From Nymphaea colorata (lineage: Eukaryota): a stretch of 64,000 nt of DNA. The first letter of the stretch is position 1, and each line of letters starts with the position of its first letter. Made by a program: the position numbers and the translations under genes. The notes beneath the pieces were generated by a model, which worked only from the letters and a program-made list of their open reading frames with translations, was not told the origin of the DNA and did not search any database. Shown one piece after another: positions 34,659 to 48,688 of this stretch. The stretch covers positions 37,386,001-37,450,000 of the forward strand of contig NC_045138.2 of assembly GCF_008831285.2 (NCBI RefSeq). The letters are read 5' to 3'.

Positions 34659-37379
34659 GGCCTCGGTATAATAAGCGAAAAACAAGGGGACCTGTCTTCG
34701 TTAGGCTCTCATAAACCGACGGCAGATTATACAATTGATGCATGCTAGGCAAGATCTTTTATGAATGGCATGTGAAGAAGCATCAACGTGATTGAAAAAG
34801 TTGGCACCAGTTTAGCAGGGACCGTCATGGATGCCAGACTGTTTCCTTGTCAGAGAGAACTAACCACATGGGAGTCAGCACCAAAAGGATGGCGAGTGCC
34901 ATATTTAGATGATAATTTCCCAGACAGAAAATAATGTATGACTCGCCAGGTCAGGATGAACAGTAGAGAAAGAAAACGAGAAAACATCAACTGAGTTTGT
35001 CATCTTCACATGACACAGGATCTGTAAAAACTTTTCAAAGTTAGGTCTCTCCCTCTGCAACTAACCGCAACAGCATCATTTAGTTTATGGGTTCTTCTAG
35101 CGAAGAAGTATATTCAGTAAGTTACACACTGTACAGATGGATAGGACTGAAACAGGCTGCTGGTTGGTGTATTTTCAATTTTGTTAAGCGACAAAAGGGA
35201 AAAAGAATTGTGGGTGGTTGATAATGAGATCACAGAGACTAACGCCTAGCAAAGGATGTGGGCCTCCATGTGGGTAGGGCCAGACTTTCCCAATTTGCAG
35301 GCTTTAGCTGTGAGGCCGCTGTTTCAATGTCTAGCATATTGTGTGATGCTCATCGTTTTCTCGACTCAACATCTTTTTGATATATTTTCTGGTGGTAGTG
35401 CTCAAATTCACAGATGTTGGCTCTTATCTTATTTTTGAACCTTAGCACCCAACTTTTTTTGTTTTCTCGTTCTTTCATTCCTCTTTATTGTGGTGTGAAA
35501 TTTCCAATGTATGTCAGCTACTACATAGTTTCATCTTGTAAACACAAGGAAAGTTGATGTATGCCGCTCGAATTGGTGGTGGCGGCCTACCAGCTTCATC
35601 ATAATGCGCAAAATCCCTTCACAGTGAGATGCCACTCTATTATTTGTCGTTAATGCTGTGAAAAGTCTTAATCATTGGGGATATAGAATGTGGATTTATA
35701 GATGCCCATTAGCTATAGGTTGTGGCAATATGGTGGTACAGTAAGGCAAGTTGGCATCTGCCAAGCAAGGTTAGAAATAAGGGGCCATCTTATAAAATGA
35801 CTGTAGATGCTTGACTTTTTCTGAAGATATTATGCTTAGTTGTTAGACCCGCTACTGTTATAAAATTGATCTGGAGGTGTCGGCTCCAAACGAATTAGTA
35901 GGGTTCAATTATGAGCCAATATATGGGGTTTGATCCCACATGTCAGTCAGACATTGTTCCATCTTTTTAATTATTTTTCAAATATTTTTAAGATCCTTTT
36001 TATTGTTAAATATTGTTTTTCGTTTATCAGTTCATTTGTTATTAAAAATAACAAATTGTAGTTCATATACGGAAATATCTTCAATAATGCGTGTCATGAT
36101 CGGTGCATTTGTTGTTTAGTTTCTTGTTTATTGTAATGAGGGTCAGTATACGGTTTTAGGGATTTCTTTTTCTTCTTCTTTTTTGGGTGATGAATTCAAA
36201 CAAATCTGCGTTGCCAAGTACATAAATTATTTGAATTCAATACATTTACATCCGCAAAATTTGATCTTCTTTTTTAATTGTTCACAATAATGCGCCTGCC
36301 TTGTTGGCGATGAAAGGGATATCCTGTTTTCCATATTCCTACGATTATTTTTACATTCTTCGTAACTAATTCAGAGCTACCCCTTGCATTAACAGCTGTT
36401 TCTGGAAAATATTTTAATTTAATTCGCGAAAGAAAATGTCATTTTTTTCTCGCATCAATAATGGCTGAAGAAAATAAAACAGTAAAATTTATATGTGAAA
36501 AATCAGCCAAACAAAATCTCAACACGTAAAATACATGCAGAATCAAAATCTTTATTCTTTACATGTGCATAAAAGAAAACTCTCAATGATGTAAGAAAAG
36601 ATCTGTGAAGAAGAGACATCTTGGTTGTTTTATATTAACCATAGTTTAATCTCATCTCCAGACCTGGTTTTAAACCTATTTATGGTTTAATGAGGGCTAA
36701 CCTAGCTAAAAGCAGTTCAGCAAATAACTAATGTATTTTACTGATAAAAAATGCGGTTGTTTCTAGATAAGATCCACAACAGTGGAACCTATTAGCATAT
36801 GTTTAGAAAAATCTTTCATTGTTTCAATTTTGTTTTTCTTAGTTGAAAGGATCTTTCTTTTGTGCTCAAAAACCACCTCAAAGTAATAGACTTCGCATTC
36901 GCCGGTGACGTAAAACTCTCAAGGCCATTCCATCACTACAACTTGCTCCAATAAATAAGAGCCTGACTTAATTATCAGACCCTTAGAATTTACATGCCTA
37001 TGAATTGCTCCAATTAAATGGCACCAAATGAATGGGATCGTCATGTTTTGTGTAACTAGAATCGTTCATAGGAATGCAATTTATATGCATTACTTCTCAT
37101 AATTGCAAAAAATAAATAATTCACTTTGTCAAAAAAAAAAAATCATATTTGTCGTTCAAAAGCTTGTTTTAATGCTCGATTAAATGGAAGGCGACCATGC
37201 TGAAATCAATGGTGTACCCCAACTTGGTTGAACTAATGCACAGTACAATGAATATAGAAACCATGGAAATTTCTAAGGAGTTAAGAGTAGGGGATGGAAA
37301 ATTCCCTGGTCCTAAATCATCTTACCTTTTCTTGTTTCTATGATGCTAAAATATGAACGTTGTACTTTCATGGTTTTGG

Positions 37380-37776
37380 GTGTGCATAAAACATTCAAAT
37401 CGAATATAGTCTTAATTATATCTATTTTTTTCACATTTTTAAAATCAGATTTAGATTTCAATGCAAACAAAGAAAAGTCATATAAGTACCAAAATCTAAA
37501 ATTTGATTTCACAATTTGGATCCGATCTTCGGATATGAATTCTGAACAGAATCTGTTTGATTTTCAAAATATACCAGCATTGGATATAGGTTATTTATTT
37601 AAAACTAAATCCGATTGGATATTTATGTTTATCTGATCGGATGTTCGGATGTCATTTTTTAAATCTGAAGCCAATCCGATTTCTTGATTGAATATTAATT
37701 TTTTTTTTCTATATCCTAGTTTTTCAAAACAGCTCGGTCAGATATGTGGTTCAAATCAAATATATTGGCATCCCTA
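37380..37776. mobile_element. Fragment of a family-B hAT-like element (one end visible)
   Basis: Ends in TTGGCATCCCTA (reverse complement TAGGGATGCCAA), with many ATCCGA/TCGGAT repeats. No matching TSD found. Confidence 0.45.
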
Positions 37777-39342
37777 TTCAGAATTCTAGTTCAAATCAAA
37801 TGCTTTCGGAATTTGGCAACCGATAAAGTGTTACTGAAACGTTTGTGGAGGCCAGATGTGAGGAGTGGCACTACTCTATGAAATTTTCTTCCTATTGTAA
37901 GTCTGGTTCTCTGTAATACGGTTCTTTCAGCTAAGTCAATTTCCCTGCTGCTGGCTGAGTAGAAGGTTTCTGGGAACTCTTTTTTGAGGTTTTGCTTTCT
38001 GCAGTTCTTTGTTCATCCTTTCATTCTTTTTCTGTTTCTTCTTTTAACAAGTGAAAGGGTACTCTCTCCGGCTTGATTCATGGGAAGGGATCTCTGGTCT
38101 TCAATCCGACCAACATGACATCTGGTGGTACACACACAGCAGGCCTAATGGCTGTTAATTTGACGATGCCATTATCAAATTACTATATCTGCTCCTAATT
38201 TAACTGTATTATGAAGAAGCTGTTTGGCAACAGTAGTAATATGTTGTTATTGTTTTCTAAATTTTCTCAACTTACGTCAGAAAAACATCTGCTTTTCTCA
38301 CTAAGTACATGTTTTTTTAATGTGAAACAAAAACTCAAGCCGCCTTTTCTATGAAAACTGGATTTAACTTTTTATAGACCTCGTTTTATAGGCCGATCGA
38401 TGTCTTCTAAACATCAAAGTGAGTATATATTAATATGATAGATCAAACCAGCTAGTTGCAGTGGCATAGCCATGTGGCCTAGTGCCGGCAGTTGCCTACA
38501 CAAGCTCACATAAATTGGTTTGTTACATGTCCGTGTTTCACAGTCTTTCATTAATTATTTGAAGAATTAACTCTTTTTAAAAATTTTAGAATTTGGGTTA
38601 CTATATATCAGTGTCCTCAATAAAAATTTTCAGCCTTCAACCCCCAAAAGGCAAACCAGCTGATAAAGTTTTATTGTAGAAAGAATTCTTTCATTTTTCA
38701 GGTGTCTTCGACATAATATTCAAGTAGTTGGCTTTTGTAATTTAAGTGGTTTGGATCCATTTCAAGAGTAGATATGGGTTATGGGTATTACTAAAATCTT
38801 ACTTTTTTAACTAAAATGTTTTTTTTAACTTGCAACATTAATTTGAGTTCTGCATCCTCAAAAAGTTCTTATGATACCAAAGCTGGTCTCTTCTAAAGAA
38901 CCTTATAAATCACAAGTTTTAGCTTCAGAGAAAGATGAAAAACGTAAAATTCCAATTTAAATTGCATATAAATGTATATCCTTTATTAACCCATTTTTTA
39001 AATGTTCCCTTAGATAATTTATCGGCAGCGGGTGTTCCCAGAACTTGTCTTCTGCCGAGACGTATCTATCTTTCGCACCCTGTTCACCTCCAACAGAAAA
39101 TTGTGGCTACCAAAATGCCTCATGATTCTTTGTGTGGCTTAGGAACGTTACCAGATAGGATACCACGATCTCTTTGCAGTTTGTACTGCTTGTTGTACTT
39201 GGAAAAACGTCGAAAGAAGAGGAGAGGAGCCGTTCTGGAGTGAGGAAGATTTCCAGCCATTGGAGCAATTCTTCTCTTATCTGTCTCTCCTGCATCCTCC
39301 TTCTTCTCCTCTCTAGGGGGAAAGAGGGGGGGAAAGAGAGAG

Positions 39343-42300
39343 ATGGCCCTTGTTAGGCAACAATTCATACTGGGTGGTTGCCGCCACCAATGCCACAGCC
39401 ATGATAGCAACACCAATTACAACAAGGAGGAGAAAAGAACGACGAAAATGACAAGGGGAGCGGTCAGAATCCCTCCTTCCTCCTCCTCCCAGTCTTTCGC
39501 TTCCTCATTTTCAGCATCGAGGGGACTAACAGCAGCAACAAAAGCATCGGCCGCCTCTGCTGTCTGTGTGACACTGAGCACCAGTGGCACTTCTGCGGAG
39601 GGCATCGCAGGGGACATCAGGTGGGGATGGAGCTGCTTGCAGGGGCCGAGGTCCGAGATGGAAGATGACGTTGTCGTTCGCTCCGATTCTCTTCACGGCT
39701 TCGACTATGCCGCCGTCTTCGACGGGCACGCTGGATTTTCATCGGTTCAGTTCTTGAGGTGATCCCCTCTCTCATTGGGTTTCATCACCAACGACGTTGT
39801 CGATTCCTGCTTTCTTGCCTTCTTGCTTTGGTGGTCTTCCGTTTAATGTCTATATAGTTTCTTTTTCCATTTCTGGTGGTCACTGATTAGAATTATAGAA
39901 TCGAACAGAATGAAACTAAAAAATTAACACGACTAGATTTAGTTCATAGTTTAATGTTTCAGTGGATTCATCGCCATCCACCTTTATCAACAAGAGGAGA
40001 GACCGATCCATGATAAAACATCAACTTACATGAACAAGAGAAAGAAGACAGTCCATCGTCCGAATCAGTTGGAAAGAACATGTAGGATGTGCAAAGAATA
40101 ACGAGGCAGTTAATTCTGTTACCAATCAAAATTGGACACTAAATTAGACACTATATGTAGGGCGAAAGCTCAAGCATGCTTGGACCTGGGATATACGCTC
40201 TGGTTTTGTTTATAACAGCTTGATAAAGTCAGCCAAAGTTAATCAGGAATTTTGTCTGAAATATTAAAATGTGTTGTCCTTTGGCTTTTAGTCTATCTCA
40301 ATGGAACTGCATAAAAATATATATTCATGCAAAAAATGCGTAGAGAAAGCTTACTACATGCATATAATACATAAGCATAAATTTGCTCCAATATGTGTCT
40401 GCAGTCTGCACTAACCTTTGAACGACGCTTGCTTTGCTAGTTTCAGGTTAACCGTTTCTCAAATCTACGGAACTTTAACTCATTCACTTACGAGAACTGC
40501 ACTTCGTAAAAAGATATGAAGCATTTGAGACCTCATTTTCTGCCTTGTTATTACACTCAGGGATGAATTGTACAAGGAGTGTTCTGCATCTTTGCAAGGG
40601 GGATTGCTTCTGAAACGTAAAGATTTCACTACCCTAAGTAAAGCAATACAGACAGCTTTTGCGAATGCTGATTCAAAATTACTGAATTGGTGAATATTCT
40701 ATGTGCGATATAAATGGGATACTTTACATTTTAAATGCACTACTTGTTCGCTTGAAAAGCCATGGTATTTGTGATATTTCCTATAGGCTGGAGGAAGTTG
40801 GGACAGACATTGATTCTGGTTCAACAGCTACAGTAATGTTTGTAGGAGGTGACATGCTGATCATTTCACATGTTGGTGATTCATCTGTGGTATTTGCCCA
40901 ACTACCTACATTTACTTTTTATGCCACAGCTCTTTGTGTCTAACTTGTTCATGTAGAACTCTCTCTGCCAGAGTAATCCTCTAATGTATTGTATGCAGCG
41001 TCAGAATGTTTTTGCTTTTCTGACTAATGCATCATTTATTGCAGGTTCTATCACGTTCTGGAAAAACTGAAGTTCTTACCAGTCCTCACCGTCCATATGG
41101 CAGTAGCAAAACTTCTTTACAAGAGATAAAAAGAATCAAAGAAGCTGGTGGATGGGTACGCTTCTTGTCTCTATTTTCGTTTACCCATTTATGTGATAGT
41201 GCTTCTTGTCTTCAGTCTCCTCACTGCATCCTCAAGAGCTGTCTGTGGTTGAGCAATGTTCTTGTGAACATGATTCGTATGTATAATAGTTTCTTTCTGT
41301 CTTCTATCAGCTGGTTAAAATCACTGAAGCTAATATACCGTTTAGGAATTCAAGCCACATCCAGTAATTCAATAATTTTGTTTGACATTGGTTGTCCAGT
41401 TTCCAACTGGAGAAATTTCCTTCCCCTCGTGTATCATACAGGAGATTTTTCTTTTTTCTGGTGAAAGATTCCAGAAACAGGGAGAATGATATATGTCAAA
41501 ACCTGTTTTTGATAGGTCTTTGGTTGTTTTATGTCGTTGTGGAAAAAATCAACTAAGGTGACTGTCACCATAAATTGGAAATAATGCATGTGCGAGGCCC
41601 TAATTCACAAAGAAATGTAACAGAAGTAGATATGGGTCGGGCAGAAATGTAGGAGAAGTAGATTTGGCTCAGGATAACGGCCAATCGAAGAACACTTGGA
41701 CAACAATACGACTGTCATGAGGCCATGCTGCTGACTTGCTGATGCAGAGGCAATAAGTGGGATGTTTGAATTTTCTTTGTAATGCGACTCATGTTTCTTT
41801 TATTAGCTGAACTTGCTGTATAAACTTTCTTATGGACTTCTAGGTTGTGGATGGACGGATTTGTGGTGAGATATCTGTTTCTCGTTCATTTGGAGATATA
41901 CGTTTCAAGACAAAGAAAAATGAGTAAGTTTCTTAAAGCTTGACTAGACCAAACAAATTACAAAGTGCTTGTATTCATGTAGCTAGATACTTGTGCCTCT
42001 TCTAATCAGTCCACTTCTTTACTCTAAAGGATGTTGGAGAAAGGAGTTGAAGAAGGAAGATGGACAAGAAAATTTATTTCCCGGTAATTATGATTTGACA
42101 TTTTTATGTGAATTTATTCAGCGTAGGATTTTGTCATGTCCATGATTAAAAGAAAAACTCATTTATCACATGAAACTGTTAAGCTTTTCCTACGGGTAGA
42201 TTATTAAAAATGAAAAGTTTTATGAGGAAAGGGGAACTACAATGTTTTTGCACTACAATGGAAAGTCCTAATGCATAAGAAGGTGCACTTATTTGTGTGT

Positions 42301-43655
42301 GTGCATGGATAAAAAAATTTTGGATGCCAAATCAAAATGGTACTTCCTGTTCATGGTTAACAGGTAGGCAATAGCTGCAATACTAAAACAAGGACAATAA
42401 AGGCTCACATTATCTACTTAAACTTGTTCGCAAGACAATATGATATATTTGCAGGTAGATTTTTCCATTAAGCTTTTTATGTTTATATTCTTATTTAGTA
42501 GCTAATGATGATGATTAAATAGGTGACAATTTAACAAGCAGGTCTGTGACTCCGTAGAAACCATCAGAAGCAAAAACAAATGGCAATTTTATCTGGTTTC
42601 TCTTCTAATAGCTCAAACTACTAGCTATGGGGCAGGGAAAACTTTCGGCTGATTTTTTATTTATTTTATTTTCTTTCCAGGGTGAAAATGAATGGTGACT
42701 GGGTTACTGCTACTCCAGACATATACCAAGTAGCTCTTGGCATGGACGCAGAATTTTTAATCCTGGCATCAGATGGCCTCTGGGATTACATGAGCTGGTT
42801 TGCAAAGTCAAACATGTTGAACTCTTTTAGTCATATAATTTTTTTGGTCACCAATATTTTCCTGTTGATGCTTTCAGTTCAGATGCTGTACGATTTGTTA
42901 GAAATCAACTTTGTCAGCATGGTGATGTTCAGGCAAGTATTTTGGTGGCTCCCGTTTTCTGCTGAAATATTAAGCAATGACTGACCTGCATTTCATTTCT
43001 CTTGCAGTCCGCTTGTGAAGCTCTGGCCCTTGCTGCCTTGGTACTTGAACATACATATCTAGTTTTGAGTTCATATAATGCATATGTTTCATCCCTTTTC
43101 TCACTAGGAAAATGCTCAATTATGTTTCTCAGAATCGAAAATCGCAGGACAATGTAAGTGTTGTTATTGCGGATTTAGGGTACGTGATCACCCCAAGCCT
43201 CTAGCTTCAGCATCAATTTTTTTCTTCAAGAAGCTTGAATATATGTTGCTATGAGCAGGATGTTAATGCTGGTCGTTGTGAGTGACTCTAGGAATCAAAG
43301 AAAATATCTAAATTAAAATGGTCTCCTGGACTTCATAAAGCTTATAACTGCATTTTGTATAACATCATCATTCACAATATCAGGCTTGGTCCTATTGGTT
43401 ATAAATAGGCATGTACATAATGTCATAATTTAGATAATTGCATGCCTTCTACCATGCATGTTACTCTACTAATGCTTTTTTATATCATTCTTGGTGAGTG
43501 AAGTATGACCTCATTGCGTTTGCAGAAGAACGAATTGGCAGGCAATGCCTCCTGATCAAGAACAAGTGAACATCTTCATTGAATTCAGCCAAGCTTTTGC
43601 TACTATAGGCATAGTATCATTGGGAATCTGGTTGTCACATCAGTTTGTTGCATGA
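39343..43655 (+). CDS. PPH1: Chloroplast thylakoid-associated protein phosphatase 2C TAP38/PPH1 (~424 aa); exons 39343-39758, 40561-40689, 40787-40889, 41045-41155, 41844-41923, 42030-42083, 42681-42797, 42878-42932, 43008-43040, 43133-43179, 43526-43655
   Basis: In-frame join of 1275 nt. Motifs [54 protein letters not shown]. Also has the PPH1-type insert [21 protein letters not shown] and a C-terminal TM helix ([13 protein letters not shown]). Intron 8 is GC-AG. Confidence 0.93.
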
Positions 43656-43943
43656 AGTTGCAGCCTTTAAGATATGGATGTAGACAACATGCAAAGATCC
43701 CGACATCATCTTTGTAAATCATTATATCCATAGACATTCTAAAGATAATGTGAAATCATATTCCATTGAGCAATCTTTGTTCAGAGGGCAGATGTTGTTT
43801 AAGGAGTGACCTCATGTGTATATCCAGCCAGAAACTAGTGTTAACCACTAGTCATGATTATCAAAGTTGCGTTGGATGATTACAGCCTTGATTATATGCT
43901 ATGTCTTTCTATTCATCGACTTGAGCCACTATTCTGGTATTAG

Positions 43944-43945
<2 letters not shown>

Positions 43946-43987
<42 letters not shown>
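43946..43987. repeat. (TC)21 microsatellite between two convergent genes
   Basis: Read directly from the sequence. Confidence 0.9.
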
Positions 43988-43990
<3 letters not shown>

Positions 43991-44251
43991 GCATACAAAT
44001 TCAAACATCATGTAAGGAAAACTAACCAGCCACACGAAGATAAAAAGGAAGTCTGTGTCGCTGTTTTCCAAAGTTTCTAACTGTTAAGAAGTGCAGTCAT
44101 TTCCACAAGCACAGAGGACGGAAAATGTAGGTTATTCGAGTTTGAAAAGCTCCAAGCCGATGCCTATGAAAGATCGAGCTTATAGACTTATAATATGGGT
44201 ACAAAACCGCCTTTACATGTTCGCTGTAGATATCCAATACAGTTGTCTCGT

Positions 44252-47200
44252 TTAATAATATACACGTTCGCTGTAGATATGAGAAGTAAGATTTAAGCTT
44301 TGGAGCATGGCTTCCCCTTGCTTGTTGAAGACTATTGTTGAGATTCCGCCATTATTTATGTCAATTGCACGAAACCTGCAATGCCCAATTATGTACAAGA
44401 ACATCAAACATTGTAAGAGTTTCTAAAGTTTCATCATTTGTGATTGACAAACAAATCAAACAGCGGATAGTTTACCTCTCAGGAGCCAAACCAAGTGCTG
44501 TACAAATCAATGCACGCAAAATTGACTTGTGAGTGACAACCAAGAAACTTTCTCCCTGTCAAATATGCAGTTGGGGGCACTTATGTTTAAAGCCAAATAG
44601 AAAAACTAGATGGTGTAACACGAAACTGAGAGTGGTGCAAGCAGCTTACAGGAGTAACCAAGATTTCCTTCCAGGCTTCTTTAGCAGTTAACCACAGATC
44701 TCGAACAGGATAGATCCCATTCACCTTAAAGTTAGCAGGGTCCTCCCTCCATGCGTTGTATAGCTCAGGGTATTCCCTTTTAGCATCGACTGCCTCCAAA
44801 TGTAAAACGCATCATTCATCAGTTTATAAGAATGTGAAAAAAAACAGATCCCTTTTAGCCAAGGAAATAGTATACAGACCATTTTTCATTCCCTCAAGAA
44901 AGTATAAGTTTGCCTCTTTCAGTGAATCGAGGAAAATAAGTGGTTCTTCCCTTTCTTGCCATATAAGCTCAGCACTCCGCTGTATTAAGGACCTAGCATT
45001 AAGGATTGTAAATAAAACCCAACTGATATATGCGTCTGGCGGAAAGGAGGAAAAAGGATCCAAAAAAGTTAAAACCAAGAACAATCAACGACAAAGTGAC
45101 CACTTTTAAAAGCTTTGAAGCACCAAGCAGTGTTCGAACCTTTGCACGTGAGATTGGACTAGAGAAACAACAGTCGAAACTTAAATTGGATAATGCATGT
45201 CGGCACATCTCGGCCTGCTTTTCTCCAGCATCTGTTAGGATGGACAGATTTGAACTTCCCTGAAACAGATGATTTGAAATGTTGAACAGTTCAGTTCAGA
45301 CAAAGAGAGAGAGTACTAGTATTAATAGAGCCCGATAATGTTAAATTCCTCATCTTCATGCTAGCAGAATTAATTACTAAGCTATTAGTTAGGTCATGCT
45401 TAACTGATCTGAGCAATTACTACTGTACAGGCAACATTTTACTGATTACGAAAGTATTCTGCTACCAATACGTTCGATAACTGAGGCAGGTTTTGCCTGA
45501 ACCCAGCTCCTAACCGTATGACCAAATGCTTCCAACCCTCTTGCAGGATACTCAGACTGCTAAACCTATTCTTTGAAAATCAGGAAGATTCAAGAGTCTC
45601 CAGTGCTGCCTAATAGATGAAATGCGACAGAAAATTCCCTTCTTCCCAGCAGAAGGGAAGTCCTAGAAGTCAATCGAACTTCTTACAGGAAATATATAAT
45701 CTCTAAGCAGCCTGCTCTGATGAACAACAAAAGAAAGACAGAAAACAATCCATATCTTTCTCTTCAAACTTCCAAAGCCCTACACCTGAAAGCTTCGCAA
45801 CCTGATAAGCCACTCTCTCTGCTGGCTGTCACTTAAGAGGGGCTACATACGAAACAACAGTATTTTAAAGGTTGACTTCCCGGGTCATCTGCCTACATAT
45901 GTTGGCCTGACTGTGGGAGTGACTAGTTGAACAGAGTCCGATCTCAGGTTTCCAGTTCTCAAAGAGCAACTGCAAGCTGGTTGCCGTCCTATTAGACTTT
46001 TTGTTTGAAGTGGGTGGATTAAAATACATTTTTTCATATCAGGCTGTAACTTTGCATGACCCTGTTCGTGAATAGTCACAACAAGAAAAATTTTCCGCTA
46101 CTTTGTGACAATCCACAATGGGTGAGAAAAGAGATAACTTAATATAGCCATATGTCTACCTTGTAAAATTTGTTGATGTTAATGCATTTTTCAGGACATT
46201 TGACAGAGATGACGAATGTGCCACGTTTTCTGCCAATATATAGATGACAATCATAGAAAGCAGAAATTATGATGGATTTACCAAGGCTTTATTGACATGG
46301 GATTCTCGAATTAAGATGGGTAACACACCTGAATTCTGCTTTCGGCATTCCAGGAGCTGAGGCCATGCCTGACAATGGTGACCTTTTTTGAGTTGGTCAA
46401 TCGTCCAGAGACAAGTGATGTCGTCGCTCCTTTGAAATCATATGCATTGCCAGTAAGTGAGGCACGTTTTTCTACAGCTTCTGCAGCACGGACATCTTCT
46501 TTTGGTTCTTGAGACACAAGAACATCTACAGCACCTGAATAATAATCACCGGATGTGACGAAATCAGAAAAAATACAGGCCATAGCATAATGTCAAACAT
46601 CCACTTGAATATATCGTAAACTATGAGTCAAAGTGATAGCTAGTACAAATGGAAAATTAGGAAAAAGGCTTTCTGTAACTGCTTTTCATTCACGGGTTCA
46701 GGCTAAGAGATTTTAGAGATTACAGGAAGTACTTAGGTTTAAAGGAACTGACTGTTTCCTATTATCAAATAACAAATTCTTTGAGGTGGAAGAGCAATAA
46801 ACTAAACTACAGTGGCGTCAATGAACTAAGAAGCAGGGTGCCTCCCAAAAAAAAAATGCTCTTACTCTCTATTTGAAAGAGTTTACCTGTCAATAACATT
46901 TAAATAATTCCATTAAAACACCAAGAACTATGGCATCATGAAAACATCCTTAAAGGATTTAGACATCTAATCAAGTGGGACATGTTATTCAATTATGGAA
47001 CCATGTTCATCGGGGGCAACAAACAACTGGAAACAGTTCCAGTGTTGAAGAAAAAGAGAATGTTCTTATGTAACAATTGTTCATCGGGGTGAACAAACTA
47101 GAGTCCCCACAAAAAGCTAATAAAAATTGTTCCACTATTGAAGCAAAGCAGAACTGTATCGACTAGTGGATAAAAAGTTCCTTGTCAAAGTTAGTGAACT

Positions 47201-47584
47201 AAAATCCCGATTCCAAAAGAAGTATTTTATCGAGTGAACCTGGTTATCCATAAACTAAGATAAATTGGGAGACTGCGTCCGCTGTTCATGATGTAATTCA
47301 TAATTCGTTGCAGGCTTTTTGCATAAACTGTTTCACCAAAACACACTGCCAAACATACTAGAAGAGTGAACATTACCGTCACCTGAAGTAGCCTTTGTTG
47401 CAACAGATGATGAAGCGGGAGAAGAGACGCGTAGAGCATGGCATGTAATCTGGGTCGGAGGAGGAGGAGAAGAAAAGCGCCATCTTTGGTGGTTGTGAAC
47501 GCAGTAAGGCACCTGCTGGGCTATGTCACTAACCCACCACCTAAAATCCGCTGTTCCAAATTGAACCAACAATCCACCACCCAT
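44252..47584 (-). CDS. Histidine phosphatase (phosphoglycerate-mutase-like), 2-carboxy-D-arabinitol-1-phosphatase-like, single domain, probably plastid-targeted (~325 aa); exons 47584-47377 (or 47383), 46534-46329, 45259-45140, 44979-44880, 44789-44650, 44555-44476, 44375-44252
   Basis: In-frame join: VRHGLSSWNAESRIQGSS, FSSPISRAK, LKEANLYFLEG, WREDPANF, LVVTHKSILRAL, FRAIDINNGG, LNLTSH. Ser/Ala-rich transit-peptide-like N-terminus. Start codon is less certain than the rest. Confidence 0.85.
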
Positions 47585-48688
47585 CCTGAACGCCAAAAAC
47601 TCCCAAGGAAAATGATGCTAACCACAAAAAGAAGAAACAAAGAACCTCAAATTCTCCCTCATACAGGGAAATTAGTGAGAATCCAGACGAAACTTCGCAA
47701 CCCAATTCAAGAGAAACTCCTGCAACTCAACTGAAGAGGAACTTTTGGAACAAAATTGGAGGAGGACATAAGCAGGTATCCTAGGTGTAGGGAGCAAAAG
47801 CATGAGCCGTGAAAGACAAGGATGATGGAGATTCGTGAGGCCGAGGTTTGAGTCAGGTGGGTAGATCATCCCAAGCTCATCGGAAAGCATGTGGATGTGC
47901 AGGCCGAAGGTATTTCAGAATATTCGGTTCTTGCACCTCATGGATAATTAATCTACCCATCCTCTTCGTTTCTGGGAAGAAAATATCTTGGGTCATCACT
48001 CACTCTCTCATTGTGATCGATTGTAATTTATGCATGTTATAGACCAAGCTTGCCCCACCCTAAATTTGAAATGGCTTAGCTCAAGTTCTGATTGACTTGT
48101 TTCTTCGAGTATGTTCGTTGCTCAGCTTTGAGGTCGGAGTTGATCTGAGACCACTGACAATGTCTGGTTCAAGGATCTAAGGTCTGACTTTTTCACCTTT
48201 TCTTCTATGAACCAGAGTTGAGGCTCCAGATACTTGGTGTAGATCTGAAATTCACAGTACTGAAATCCACTGTTTATTTAAACAGTGAGTCCTGCAGATA
48301 ATTTTAGGGAAGGTTTAAGATTACCAAATTTGACGCATTCCACTGAATGAATTGGGATTTCAAAAAAAAAAAAAAATCGAATTTATGCCTGATTACCCTA
48401 AAGTTGTGGATCTACCAGTGCTCCAGTTACTTAAGATTCAGATGCGGACTGGATGTTTGAATATTAATTGGCATAACAAATCCAAGCGCAAACCCAAATA
48501 TTAAACTAATAAATTTACAGTTCATTCCCTCCACCTTAAAATGTTTCGACATTATTAATAGAAAAGCTTGTCTGTTCCACGTTATGTTTGCGATAATTTG
48601 GTGTAGTTATATAAAAGAGACACTCCCTCATTGCTTGCTTTATTTTCAGTCTTAACAATGTCTTGTGATCTTTTTTTTTTTTTTTTGA

